From the IMG/VR virus record IMGVR_UViG_3300021960_006131, positions 1-64,000 of that record: DNA of 64,000 nt; one strand, 5' to 3'. Positions within the stretch are counted from its first letter, which is position 1. Each line of letters starts with the position of its first letter. Origin of the DNA: a virus. Below the pieces are notes generated by a model. It was given only the letters and a program-made list of their open reading frames with translations, did no database searches and was not told the origin of the DNA. The position numbers and the translations under genes are program-made. Shown here one piece after another: positions 6,939 through 16,182 of the stretch.

Positions 6939-8165
6939 ATGAACAATTTAGCACAAAATACAGATCAAGCAGTAAAGGACAGATTAATAACTGCTAGAGT
7001 GCAATTACTTCTTAAGAATGGTTTCTTTGGTAACTTAGCAACTAGGTTACAATTACAAGAAGCATCCGATTGGTGCCCGACTGCCGCAACAGATGGCAGA
7101 TACTTTTTTTATAATACAGAATTTATCCAGTCATTAGATGATGACGAACTTATCTTTTTAATGGGTCATGAGGTTCTCCATAATGTTTATGATCACATGG
7201 ATAGACGTGGTAATAGAGATCCTCGTCTTTGGAACATAGCAAATGACTATGTTGTGAACATGGACTTAGTTGAAAATAATATTGGTAAGAGAATTACCAA
7301 AGTTAATATCTGTTTTGACTACAAATATCAAAACTGGATTTCAGATGAGATATACGACGACTTGTACGAGAACGCAGAAAAGATTACTGAAGAAACACTT
7401 GACATGCATTTAGACTTCAGTAATGAAGATGGTGACGGTCAAGGTGCTGAAGGTAAAGGTGAAGGTGGTGATCAACAAGACGGGCCACCAAAGTATTCTA
7501 AAGAAGAAAGACAACAGATCAATGACGAAGTAAAAGAAGCCGTAATGAATGCGGCCAAAGGTGCTGGTAACAAAGATCTTCCTAATGGCGTTAGAAAGAT
7601 GATTAAGGATCTTACTAATCCTGAGTTAGATTGGAGAGAGTTACTTGCTACCAATATTCAAAGTGTTGTAAAGAATGACTTTACATTTATGAGACCTGCT
7701 AGAAAAGGTATTGCTGAACACGTTTACCTTCCTGGTATGGACTACGACACAGACTTAGATGTGTTCTGCTTTATTGATAGTTCCGGTTCTATGTCAGATG
7801 AAATGCTTAGAGACCTTCTAAGCGAAGTAAAAGGTTGCATGGAGCAATACACTAACTTCAAACTTAGACTTTGTTTCTTTGACACATCTACATACACTAT
7901 TCATGAGTTTGATTCTACTAACGTAGATGACATTTATGATATTGAAATTGAAGGCGGTGGCGGTACTGAGTTTGATTGTATGTTTGATAGACTCAAAGAG
8001 GAAGACATTGTACCACAGAAGTTAATTGTATTCACAGATGGTTACCCATGGGGTAGTTGGGGCGATGAAACATACTGTGATACATTGTTTATAATTCATG
8101 GTTCTGGCTACGGTGGCAGAACTCCAGAAGCACCATACGGTGTATCGGTAAAATATAAAGCATGA
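6939..8165 (+). CDS. metallopeptidase-like + VWA domain protein (DUF2201-type), partner of the AAA+ ATPase
   Basis: 'TAATDG', HExxH 'HEVLH', 'WNIANDYVVN'; MIDAS 'IDSSGS', 'GGGGTEF', 'FTDGY'. Confidence 0.88.
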   Translation: MNNLAQNTDQAVKDRLITARVQLLLKNGFFGNLATRLQLQEASDWCPTAATDGRYFFYNTEFIQSLDDDELIFLMGHEVLHNVYDHMDRRGNRDPRLWNIANDYVVNMDLVENNIGKRITKVNICFDYKYQNWISDEIYDDLYENAEKITEETLDMHLDFSNEDGDGQGAEGKGEGGDQQDGPPKYSKEERQQINDEVKEAVMNAAKGAGNKDLPNGVRKMIKDLTNPELDWRELLATNIQSVVKNDFTFMRPARKGIAEHVYLPGMDYDTDLDVFCFIDSSGSMSDEMLRDLLSEVKGCMEQYTNFKLRLCFFDTSTYTIHEFDSTNVDDIYDIEIEGGGGTEFDCMFDRLKEEDIVPQKLIVFTDGYPWGSWGDETYCDTLFIIHGSGYGGRTPEAPYGVSVKYKA

Positions 8166-8497
8166 AGATTCACGTAAGTAAAAAATTAGGTGTAGGTGAA
8201 CTAGAAGGTTTGAAAGGTACTCCAACCTATGAGAACCTAATGAAAAACAAAATTTGCATTTATTCTAATACAACAGAAGACGATACTATATTTGATTTAG
8301 TATCGCACTTCGATGAGTATGGACAAGGTTTACTCTATATGTCTACACTTGGTAGCGACAATATATGGAGAATTTACTTTGAGAACACCGGTGACATGCT
8401 TACATTTATAGAGTTAGCCAGAGCACCCAGCAAAAAACCAGATAATATAGGCACAATTGAGTCAGTAGTAGTAAATACTACACATGACGCAGAATAA
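8162..8497 (+). CDS. hypothetical protein
   Basis: 111-aa ORF overlapping both neighbours. Confidence 0.7.
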   Translation: MKIHVSKKLGVGELEGLKGTPTYENLMKNKICIYSNTTEDDTIFDLVSHFDEYGQGLLYMSTLGSDNIWRIYFENTGDMLTFIELARAPSKKPDNIGTIESVVVNTTHDAE

Positions 8498-9557
8498 CAT
8501 TCTATGGTCCTGTAATGAATGGGATCCCCTCAAAGAAGTAATAATAGGAACGGCCGTAGACGCCAATATTCCAAACGGCGACCTTTCGCACCACGCCACC
8601 AACTATGCCAATCTAAGTGCTGAACAGTATGCACAAATGCCTAAGGGTAGATACCCAGAGCATGTATATACCGAAGCAGAAGAGGATTTAGACGCATTGT
8701 GTAACGTTCTAAGCAACGATTTCGGTGTAAAGGTACATAGGCCTAACCTAAATGCTGTAGACTTTACAGCGAACGTTAGCAACGGCTTATGGGACACAGA
8801 CCAATACGAAGCATACTGTCCACGTGATAGTGTTACTGTGATAGGTGACAAAATCATAGAAGGTGCTATGAGTTTGAGAGCAAGGTATCACGAAACCTTT
8901 CTATTCAGAGACCTATTCCAAGAGAAGATGATGGGTGGTGCTAATTGGTTACAAATGCCTAAGCCACGTTTAGATGACAGTTTATTTAAAATACAGCCAG
9001 GCAGAGACCCAAGTGTAAATAACAACGAACCTATACTAGACCCTGCTAACCTCATACGCATGGGTTACGATATACTATACTTGATATCCAATACTGGTAA
9101 TGAAATGGGTGCTAAGTGGTTACAGAACGCACTAGGCCCCGACTTTAAGGTACACATGATGCATGACTTATACAGTTGGGCACATGTCGACAGTACAATT
9201 ATGCCACTAAGACCTGGATTGGTAATACTGAATGCCAGTAGGGTAGATGCAGACAGGGTGCCTGCTATATACAAAGGTTGGGATATTATTTGGTATGACG
9301 ATGATATGTGTGTTGGACAACCATGTTTAGAAGATTATGCTCCAGCAAGTAGTTGGATTGGCATGAACGTACTCAGCATAGATCCACAGCATGTATTAGT
9401 ACCTGATGATGAAATACACTTAATGAAAGCCATGGAAAAACATGGCGTAACACCTGTGCCTGTCCAAATGCGTCATATGAGAACACTAGCAGGTGGTCCA
9501 CATTGTGTGAGCCAAGACCTAGTTAGAGACGGAAAATTAGAAAGTTACTGGAAATAG
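8484..9557 (+). CDS. amidinotransferase (pentein fold; glycine/inosamine-phosphate amidinotransferase family)
   Basis: 'NEWDPLKEVIIG', 'CPRD', 'D.AN', 'HVDST', catalytic C-terminal 'GGPHC'. Confidence 0.9.
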   Translation: MTQNNILWSCNEWDPLKEVIIGTAVDANIPNGDLSHHATNYANLSAEQYAQMPKGRYPEHVYTEAEEDLDALCNVLSNDFGVKVHRPNLNAVDFTANVSNGLWDTDQYEAYCPRDSVTVIGDKIIEGAMSLRARYHETFLFRDLFQEKMMGGANWLQMPKPRLDDSLFKIQPGRDPSVNNNEPILDPANLIRMGYDILYLISNTGNEMGAKWLQNALGPDFKVHMMHDLYSWAHVDSTIMPLRPGLVILNASRVDADRVPAIYKGWDIIWYDDDMCVGQPCLEDYAPASSWIGMNVLSIDPQHVLVPDDEIHLMKAMEKHGVTPVPVQMRHMRTLAGGPHCVSQDLVRDGKLESYWK

Positions 9558-9560
9558 CAG

Positions 9561-9589
9561 TTGACTTTACCCCTTATTTTTAGTATAAT
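9561..9589 (+). promoter_or_regulatory. sigma70-type early promoter
   Basis: TTGACT-17 bp-TATAAT; GTAGGAGT RBS at 9611. Confidence 0.88.
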
Positions 9590-9619
9590 AATAGTGTATT
9601 AAGTAGTTGAGTAGGAGTT

Positions 9620-10390
9620 ATGGAACTTAATTTAGAAGGTTACAAAGGTTTACTAGTAGTGGGCGATGTCCATTCAGTTTTCTCTGACTTTGCTACTTCA
9701 TATTCATATGCTCGTAAACACAATTTATATTACCTGCAACTAGGTGATATATTGGATTACGGTCCTAAGCCTTTAGAAACCATGTTGTTAGCAAAAGAAA
9801 TACTTGATGCTGGACACGGTACTATTATACAAGGCAACCACGATAATAAAATGTTTCGTTGGGCAAAAGGCAATGATGTTAAATTAGGTAAGGCACAAAG
9901 AGATACACTTGCTAGAGTGGATTTTGGTATTGACTTATTTAAAGATCTTGTACTTGAAATTGCTCCACAACAACCTTTCTTTGTTACTTATAAGAACTTT
10001 TTCTTTACACATGGCGGTGTACACCCTGAGTTTTGGGAAACCAAAAAGATCACCAAGAAGTCTATGGAAAGTGTATTCTTATACGGACAGGTTGATAATA
10101 CTAAAACAGTTATGTGGCAAGGTCAGCCATATGCTCACAGAGTATATGATTGGGCCGAAGCAATACCTAAGGGTAAAATAGTATTTGTTGGACACGACAG
10201 ATCACCATTAAAAAGTGAGCCTGACTTCGAAGACAATTTAAAAATGCCGTTAGTATATTATACTAAGAAAGAAGAAAGGGTAATATTCCTAGATACAGGT
10301 AGTGGTAAAGGTGGTACACTTAGTGGTGCCAAAATGACCTTTAATAACTACAATCAACTAGCAATTGAGACCTTTTTATCGTTCACATAA
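9620..10390 (+). CDS. calcineurin-like metallophosphoesterase
   Basis: GDVH, GDILDYGP, GNHD, THGG, GH, DTG motifs. Confidence 0.9.
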   Translation: MELNLEGYKGLLVVGDVHSVFSDFATSYSYARKHNLYYLQLGDILDYGPKPLETMLLAKEILDAGHGTIIQGNHDNKMFRWAKGNDVKLGKAQRDTLARVDFGIDLFKDLVLEIAPQQPFFVTYKNFFFTHGGVHPEFWETKKITKKSMESVFLYGQVDNTKTVMWQGQPYAHRVYDWAEAIPKGKIVFVGHDRSPLKSEPDFEDNLKMPLVYYTKKEERVIFLDTGSGKGGTLSGAKMTFNNYNQLAIETFLSFT

Positions 10391-10402
10391 AAACATCAGT
10401 TA

Positions 10403-10409
10403 ATAAATA
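10403..10409 (+). promoter_or_regulatory. late-type promoter ATAAATA
   Basis: Intergenic; followed by GGAGG RBS and ATG 10439. Confidence 0.55.
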
Positions 10410-10438
10410 ATACTTGTAAATTACCATTGGAGGAAAAA

Positions 10439-10735
10439 ATGGCAGATACAGAAAACACAGAGATTGTAAACGAAGAAGTTGAACAATCAGTAGAAGGAGA
10501 TGCACCTGAGCAACAACAGGCCTCATTAAGCCTTGAGGAACTCAATGCATTATTACAAATCGTTGATTTAGCAGTAAGCAGAGGAGCATTTAGAGGTGCA
10601 GAAGCATCACAAGTAGGTGCTGTTTTTGATAGATTAAATAATTTTCTTAATATAGTTGCACAAAATCAACAAGCAGAAGCAGAAGTAGAGGCTGATGCAC
10701 CAGCAGAGCCAGAGGCTCCTGCAGAAGGAGAATAA
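10439..10735 (+). CDS. acidic hypothetical phage protein
   Basis: GGAGG RBS before ATG 10439; helical core 'IVDLAVSRGAFRGAE'. Confidence 0.8.
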   Translation: MADTENTEIVNEEVEQSVEGDAPEQQQASLSLEELNALLQIVDLAVSRGAFRGAEASQVGAVFDRLNNFLNIVAQNQQAEAEVEADAPAEPEAPAEGE

Positions 10736-10736
10736 T

Positions 10737-11369
10737 ATGCCAAGTATAACAAAACACGTTGCTAAATGGAACGAAAGAAAGTGTCTAGTGCTATTTAGAG
10801 AAGTTCCGGGTGAACCAGAAAATGCTCTATTAATTATGTCAGGCGAACTTAGTGCTACTCAACATGATGAATTAATTTCAGTTGTAGATAGCGATGAAGC
10901 ACAGACAAATAGCGATTTAGCACAGGTCCTAAACGGCAGAAACTTTAGCGATGGTAGAGTAATGTTACAGGCCTTACACGCAGATGGTATGATTACCAAA
11001 GCACCTGTAAGCGAAGTTATAATGTTACCTACTCCAAAAGACGAAGTACCATTAACTGCTCTTAATGATTCAATTGCAACAATCGAAGCAGGTAAAGAAG
11101 CAGATAAACCTAATCTTGCTGATACATCTGAGATTGATGCTATTAATCAAGTTGAAAGACCTAGACAATTATCAGAAAGAGAAGCAGAAGAACAATTAGG
11201 TATTGCAAAGGGTTTATTGGAACAGGCTAATATGATTGAGCAGGATGTTGAAAGAGTTCAACAGCAAATGATTGCAGATGCTAATAGTAAAAGAGAAGAA
11301 GCATACGCAAGAGCACCTGAATTAAGGCCAAAGCCAAAACCAGGCAGACCAAAGAAATCAGCGATATAG
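10737..11369 (+). CDS. hypothetical protein with C-terminal coiled coil and basic 'KPGRPKK' tail
   Basis: AAGGAG RBS before ATG 10737 (track start 10695 unlikely); AT-hook-like GRP tail. Confidence 0.8.
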   Translation: MPSITKHVAKWNERKCLVLFREVPGEPENALLIMSGELSATQHDELISVVDSDEAQTNSDLAQVLNGRNFSDGRVMLQALHADGMITKAPVSEVIMLPTPKDEVPLTALNDSIATIEAGKEADKPNLADTSEIDAINQVERPRQLSEREAEEQLGIAKGLLEQANMIEQDVERVQQQMIADANSKREEAYARAPELRPKPKPGRPKKSAI

Positions 11370-11378
11370 TTGGGAGAT

Positions 11379-11696
11379 ATGAGTAAAAGGAAAATAATCC
11401 TTACTCACAATTCCCAACTTAGCAACTTCGACAAATTGTTGAAAGATATTTTTACGACAGAAATACCTAGTAACTTTGTTGACAAAGTAGTTGTAACTGA
11501 TAAGAATGGTAATACAGGTGAGAAACTAGGTTCCAGTATAGAAGGAGCAATTCCACTAAATCCTAATGTGGACACACCCCTGTCTAAATTATGGAATAAC
11601 GAAACTGAATCTGTAGAGATTTTTCTAAATATTAAAAAAGTAGAAAAATATGTTACTGATGAAACAAATAAATTATTAGATAAATTTGAAGACTGA
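11379..11696 (+). CDS. hypothetical protein
   Basis: GGGAG RBS before ATG 11379. Confidence 0.75.
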   Translation: MSKRKIILTHNSQLSNFDKLLKDIFTTEIPSNFVDKVVVTDKNGNTGEKLGSSIEGAIPLNPNVDTPLSKLWNNETESVEIFLNIKKVEKYVTDETNKLLDKFED

Positions 11697-12598
11697 TGTT
11701 TTACTTACCTGAACAAGATTTATTATTCATTCATATACCCAGAACTGGAGGTAAATCATATAAAGTTTTTTTAGAAAACTATGGCACCAATACTGATATA
11801 GAAATATTTGATACACATAGTCCTGTACAAACAGCATGTTATTTTTTAGATAATCCTGATGCAAATACTAAATTAAGTATTATTCGAAACCCGTATGCTA
11901 GAGAAGTTAGTTTATGGCGTTGGGGTAGAGCAGGTCCTTTAGCGGCGGCTGACATGACTTTTGAATATTGGTGCAGGTGGAGATTTGAAGGTCGTCCTAA
12001 AGATGCCTCAAATGTACTCACATACCTTGATCCTGTAACTGTAACCTCTTTATGGGGTATGCACAAGACACCGCAAATTCTTTACTTAGTAGATGAAGAT
12101 GCAAAATTACGAGTTGATTACATTGGTTGCTACGAGCGTCTAGAAGAAATTTTTGATTATACTAGAAAAAGATTTCACGAGGACTATGGTTATGTGAAAC
12201 ATGTTGCAATGCAGAATGAAACTCCGTGGGCAAGAAAACTAAATCAAAGTGAAATGGATTGGCGACTAATATATGAGCAATGTGAAAATACGCAAGAAAT
12301 ATTAGACTTGGTATATAATTTTTATGATTGGGACTTTGAAACATTTGGTTATAACAGAGACTGGTTGGTTGAAGATGATTCACCAAGTCGTAATGTAGGC
12401 GAAATGCCAAAGCCTAGTTCAGATGCTTATGGAGATATGATGTCAAATTGGCCCTTAAAACAATTTTATGGTAATAGAAAAATACTACTTGCCGATGCAT
12501 TAAGTTATAGATTTATGCCGGAAGGCAAAAATAGAGGTGTGTTCTTACAAAACACTATGGGTCTTAAGATAGGTGATGTTACACTAAGAGAGGACTAG
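11696..12598 (+). CDS. sulfotransferase family 2-like protein
   Basis: 5'-PSB 'FIHIPRTGGKS', 3'-PB 'IIRNPYAREVSLW', 'VDYIGCYERL', 'YDWDFETFGY'. Confidence 0.8.
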   Translation: MFYLPEQDLLFIHIPRTGGKSYKVFLENYGTNTDIEIFDTHSPVQTACYFLDNPDANTKLSIIRNPYAREVSLWRWGRAGPLAAADMTFEYWCRWRFEGRPKDASNVLTYLDPVTVTSLWGMHKTPQILYLVDEDAKLRVDYIGCYERLEEIFDYTRKRFHEDYGYVKHVAMQNETPWARKLNQSEMDWRLIYEQCENTQEILDLVYNFYDWDFETFGYNRDWLVEDDSPSRNVGEMPKPSSDAYGDMMSNWPLKQFYGNRKILLADALSYRFMPEGKNRGVFLQNTMGLKIGDVTLRED

Positions 12599-12840
12599 TG
12601 CCACTAGATCAGAGTGCCCATAACCCAACCCAACCAAGATATTCAAACTGGTACAAAGTATTTGCATGGAAGCCTCGCACATTAACAAATGGCAAAAAAG
12701 TTTGGCTTAAATTCATATATAAAAGAACTATAATCATTGACTGGATGCCACCTACATATCCTGCCAAAAAGTATTTTAATACACAATACACCGATATAAA
12801 TGGTGTAATAAAGGACAAATTAATCCAGAAAAACCGGTAA
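12598..12840 (+). CDS. hypothetical protein
   Basis: GTG start overlapping upstream stop, GAGGA RBS; 'FAWKP...GKKVWLK.IYKR'. Confidence 0.65.
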   Translation: MPLDQSAHNPTQPRYSNWYKVFAWKPRTLTNGKKVWLKFIYKRTIIIDWMPPTYPAKKYFNTQYTDINGVIKDKLIQKNR

Positions 12841-12846
12841 AAAAGG

Positions 12847-12875
12847 TTGACCTTGACCCAGTATTTTAGTATAAT
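12847..12875 (+). promoter_or_regulatory. sigma70-type early promoter
   Basis: TTGACC-17 bp-TATAAT; flanks nearly identical to the 5639 promoter; GTAGGAG at 12895. Confidence 0.9.
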
Positions 12876-12910
12876 AGTTGTATAAATTAAAAAGGTAGGA
12901 GAGTTTAATT

Positions 12911-13426
12911 ATGCAAACATTAGTAATACAAACCCAGTACAGAGAAAACTATGCCGCACATGACAGTGGTTATGAGCATGGTGTAAGCGAAGCACACTGG
13001 AAGTACAAAGGTGGTTGCACTTATTTCGTAACTGATCTTACTCCTGGGCAAATCAACAAGATTGCTCAAAAAGGTATTCCAACTTTAACCAAACTTATTG
13101 AAAGCAAAAACGAGGCTTTTGAAGAATATATCCTGGATTGGGAGATCCGTGAACTTGGTAAAAATGGCGACGGCAAGGGTCCAATTTGTGAGCCTTGGGA
13201 AACACCCGTAGAGTTCTTTTATAAGGACGGGTGGAAATGTCGTACCCATCACACTCCCAGTCCTGAATATACTCATTTTGCTCCAAGCATTATTGGTAAG
13301 GCTGAGCAATGGACACCTGGTTTTGGTAACACTAGGACTGACTATGCATGTCAGTTTAAAACTGCTAATGGCTGGTTTGATCAGAAAGATCCGCAACTGT
13401 TAAAACAAGTTCAGGAGGTGGCGTAA
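12911..13426 (+). CDS. hypothetical phage protein
   Basis: 171-aa ORF; first gene after a promoter and RBS. Confidence 0.85.
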   Translation: MQTLVIQTQYRENYAAHDSGYEHGVSEAHWKYKGGCTYFVTDLTPGQINKIAQKGIPTLTKLIESKNEAFEEYILDWEIRELGKNGDGKGPICEPWETPVEFFYKDGWKCRTHHTPSPEYTHFAPSIIGKAEQWTPGFGNTRTDYACQFKTANGWFDQKDPQLLKQVQEVA

Positions 13427-14697
13427 TGAATCCTTGGAATATAATTCAACAGTTAGAGAGCAATAACAGTTCTCTATTCAAGCAAGACGTTATTAAAGCA
13501 AACATTGATAATCAAGAGTTTATCACCGGTGCTACTATGTGTCTTGATCCTCTTGTAACTTTTGGTGTTAAGCAAGTACCAACAACAGACGCAGATGGTC
13601 CTGGTGTAAGTTGGGATTTGTTTCAATCTTTAGCAGACAAATTAGTTGCTAGAGAAGTTACTGGACATGCGGCCAGAGATGCTATTCAAACATTAGCAGA
13701 CCACAGCACCGTTGAGCAATGGAACGATTGGTACAGACGTATCTTAATCAAAGACCTACGTTGTGGTACTGGTGCTAAACTAATCAACAAAGTACAAAAG
13801 GATACTATTCCACTATTTGGTTGTATGTTAGCACACGATGGTGCTAAACACCCAAAGAAAATTAAAGGAGAATGTTTTGTCGAATATAAGTACGATGGTG
13901 TTAGGGTTATTGCTATTGTCCAGAATGGTAGTGCTACCCTATATAGCAGAAACGGGAAAATACTTTCCAACTTCCCACATATCGAAGAGGCCCTCAGTAA
14001 GTCTAAGTTTGAAGGCTTAGTATTTGATGGCGAAGTAATGAGCGAAGATTTCCAAAGTTTAATGAAGCAAGTTCACAGAAAAGAAGGCGCTCAAACTGAG
14101 GACAGTTACCTTGCAGTATTTGACATGCTCACACTAGAAGAGTTCAATGCAGGCGGTACTGAAATGACTGCATTTGAAAGACGTGAACGTTTAATTAGTA
14201 AACAGGCTGATTTTAATAATAGAATTACACTTGTTCAAGCAATTAATTTAGACTTAGACAGTGAGCAAGGCCAAGCAAGTTTCAAAGCAATGAACAAACA
14301 AGCCTTAGAAGAAGGTTATGAAGGCTTAATGATTAAGCCTATACAAGAAGGTTACAAGTGTAAACGTAGCCATGCTTGGTTAAAGATCAAACCTTTTATT
14401 GAAGTTACACTTAAGGTTGTAGCACTTGAAGAAGGTACTGGTAAGAATGAAGGCTTACTTGGTGCTCTTGTTGTAGAAGGTGATGACGACGGTAAGTTCT
14501 TTAGACTTAACGTTGGTAGTGGACTAACTGATGAAAACAGAGAACAAATTTGGGCAAACCAAGATGCTGTTATAGGTCAGTTGGTTGAGATTAGAGCCGA
14601 TGCGGCAACGCAAAGTCAAGACGCAGAAGATACTTGGAGCCTTAGGTTCCCAAGGTTTAAGACATTTAGAGGTTTTGAACTAGGAGAAAAACTATAG
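13426..14697 (+). CDS. ATP-dependent DNA ligase
   Basis: Motif I 'EYKYDGVR', III 'FDGEV', IIIa 'VFD', IV 'EGLMIK', V 'WLKIKP', OB-fold 'VGSGL', VI 'LRFPRF'. Confidence 0.95.
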   Translation: MNPWNIIQQLESNNSSLFKQDVIKANIDNQEFITGATMCLDPLVTFGVKQVPTTDADGPGVSWDLFQSLADKLVAREVTGHAARDAIQTLADHSTVEQWNDWYRRILIKDLRCGTGAKLINKVQKDTIPLFGCMLAHDGAKHPKKIKGECFVEYKYDGVRVIAIVQNGSATLYSRNGKILSNFPHIEEALSKSKFEGLVFDGEVMSEDFQSLMKQVHRKEGAQTEDSYLAVFDMLTLEEFNAGGTEMTAFERRERLISKQADFNNRITLVQAINLDLDSEQGQASFKAMNKQALEEGYEGLMIKPIQEGYKCKRSHAWLKIKPFIEVTLKVVALEEGTGKNEGLLGALVVEGDDDGKFFRLNVGSGLTDENREQIWANQDAVIGQLVEIRADAATQSQDAEDTWSLRFPRFKTFRGFELGEKL

Positions 14698-14698
14698 G

Positions 14699-15235
14699 AT
14701 GCCAAACTGGTGTAGTAATTATATTGTAATTGAAGGCCCTAAGGATAAGGTAGAGGCCATATGGAGCAAAGCAAGTGACGAATCAGAAGAAGGATTATTA
14801 GGTGCCTTGCACCCAATTGGTCCATGGGATTATCATAAAGCAGTAGAGGAATGGGGAACTAAATGGGACGTACCTTTAACTGACAGTAATTTAGAATTAG
14901 AAATGATTAATGAGAGCACATCTGCTATTGTTGGTTATTTTGAAAGTGCCTGGTCACCACCATTAAATGCTATTATGCATTATGAAATGGCTAACCCAGA
15001 TGTTGATATTCACTGTATGTATTATGAACCTGCAAATGACTTTGTTGGTTCTAATCACTATGGTGATTTCTCTATAAGTGATCAACCAAGAAGTTTTTGG
15101 GAAACAGATCCAGCAGGACAAGATTTAGATGGAACTTTCTATGTTGTAGAAATGTTAGATGAATACCAAGATGAAATAGAAGACGAGCATCTGGATGATG
15201 ACACACTCGTTGACCCAGAGAAGTTACCAGAATGA
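14699..15235 (+). CDS. DUF1281/YubB ferredoxin-like domain protein
   Basis: 'MPNWCSN', 'WGTKWD', 'FESAWSPP', 'YYEP' motifs. Confidence 0.75.
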   Translation: MPNWCSNYIVIEGPKDKVEAIWSKASDESEEGLLGALHPIGPWDYHKAVEEWGTKWDVPLTDSNLELEMINESTSAIVGYFESAWSPPLNAIMHYEMANPDVDIHCMYYEPANDFVGSNHYGDFSISDQPRSFWETDPAGQDLDGTFYVVEMLDEYQDEIEDEHLDDDTLVDPEKLPE

Positions 15236-15546
15236 AGGCTTGGGAAAAATTTTTAGTAAGCGACACTAGACATCATTTAGGTGGGCGTCAACGTATATAC
15301 AAATTTCCAAATGGTTTTGGTGCTAGTGTAATACCAGAGTACATTATCACAGATGACGAGCAGTACGACGAGCACCTTAATCCTGAGGATGATAATAAAA
15401 TGAAACCGAAGAAAGGCTGGTGGGAGATTGCAGTATTAGACTCGTCTGGAGAGTTATGTTATGACACAGACATAACCGATGATGTATTAAGAAATCAATG
15501 TGACCCAGATGTTGATAACATATTAGGTAAAATAAGTAGATTATGA
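15232..15546 (+). CDS. hypothetical phage protein
   Basis: 'YKFPNGFGASVI...WEIAVL...LCYDTDITDDV'; ATGA overlap. Confidence 0.75.
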   Translation: MKAWEKFLVSDTRHHLGGRQRIYKFPNGFGASVIPEYIITDDEQYDEHLNPEDDNKMKPKKGWWEIAVLDSSGELCYDTDITDDVLRNQCDPDVDNILGKISRL

Positions 15547-15683
15547 AAAAAATAGCAGAATGGTTAGAAATTTGTAAAGTTCATTGGAAAGAGATATTTG
15601 CTATCTCCTTTATTATGCACTTTGTATTTGATGGTTTTATATTGTTAATTGGTATACTAATAGGAGTACACATTGGGCACTAA
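15543..15683 (+). CDS. 46-aa membrane peptide, not in ORF track
   Basis: MKKIAEWLEICKVHWKEIFAISFIMHFVFDGFILLIGILIGVHIGH*; ATGA overlap with upstream stop. Confidence 0.6.
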   Translation: MKKIAEWLEICKVHWKEIFAISFIMHFVFDGFILLIGILIGVHIGH

Positions 15684-15810
15684 AAAAATAAAAAGACCTG
15701 TGAGCACTTTAACTCACAGCACAATGGAAGTAGCACTACACTTTTTAAAGTGGAGAGAGCAACAAAAGAAAAATTCTTTAATAGGGCATAACGGAGGACC
15801 CTCTTTATAA
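15673..15810 (+). CDS. 45-aa basic peptide (TTG start), not in ORF track
   Basis: AGGAG RBS; MGTKKIKRPV...IGHNGGPSL*. Confidence 0.5.
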   Translation: MGTKKIKRPVSTLTHSTMEVALHFLKWREQQKKNSLIGHNGGPSL

Positions 15811-15813
15811 ATA
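15806..15813 (+). promoter_or_regulatory. T4-type late promoter TATAAATA, 5 nt before ATG
   Basis: Exact TATAAATA, then ATATT, then ATG 15819. Confidence 0.65.
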
Positions 15814-15818
15814 ATATT

Positions 15819-16091
15819 ATGGGACAATACGACGATAGAGTAGAAAGGCAACGACTATTACTTGCCGCGGAAGAATGGGCAAAAACTGTTAGATCCGTTC
15901 ATGCACATTCACTTTGTTCAATGTGGTATGACACAAGACCACAAGATACCGAAGATGGTAAATCAGTATTAGATATTGAATACAATAATGGACTTGTTGA
16001 AAGAAAAACACATGATGGTTATACAGTTTATTTTGGAAAAAAACTCAAAGGTGATGAACTAGTTCAAGAGTATAGAAGACACTCCACATAA
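15819..16091 (+). CDS. hypothetical protein
   Basis: 90-aa ORF directly after late box. Confidence 0.75.
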   Translation: MGQYDDRVERQRLLLAAEEWAKTVRSVHAHSLCSMWYDTRPQDTEDGKSVLDIEYNNGLVERKTHDGYTVYFGKKLKGDELVQEYRRHST

Positions 16092-16130
16092 TACAAAACC
16101 AACTATCCTAAAAAACAAAGTAATTCTCTG

Positions 16131-16160
16131 ATAAATATGAGTGTACTAGAAATTAGTACA
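16131..16160 (+). promoter_or_regulatory. late-type promoter ATAAATA plus 5' leader hairpin heading the + arm of the enzyme island
   Basis: GATAAATA at 16130-16137; TGTACTA-gaaat-TAGTACA at 16142-16160; CAGGAG RBS. Confidence 0.6.
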
Positions 16161-16182
16161 GAGACATAAACAGGAGAACAAA

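Noticed and set aside
1-9557. Amidinotransferase as the archaeosine-forming partner of QueE
   Set aside because: Known archaeosine synthesis uses ArcS, QueF-like or GAT-QueC proteins, not pentein-fold arginine amidinotransferases.
1250-14697. Introns, inteins or homing endonucleases in replication genes
   Set aside because: The exonuclease and ligase are of normal length and uninterrupted; no LAGLIDADG, HNH, GIY-YIG or intein motifs were seen.
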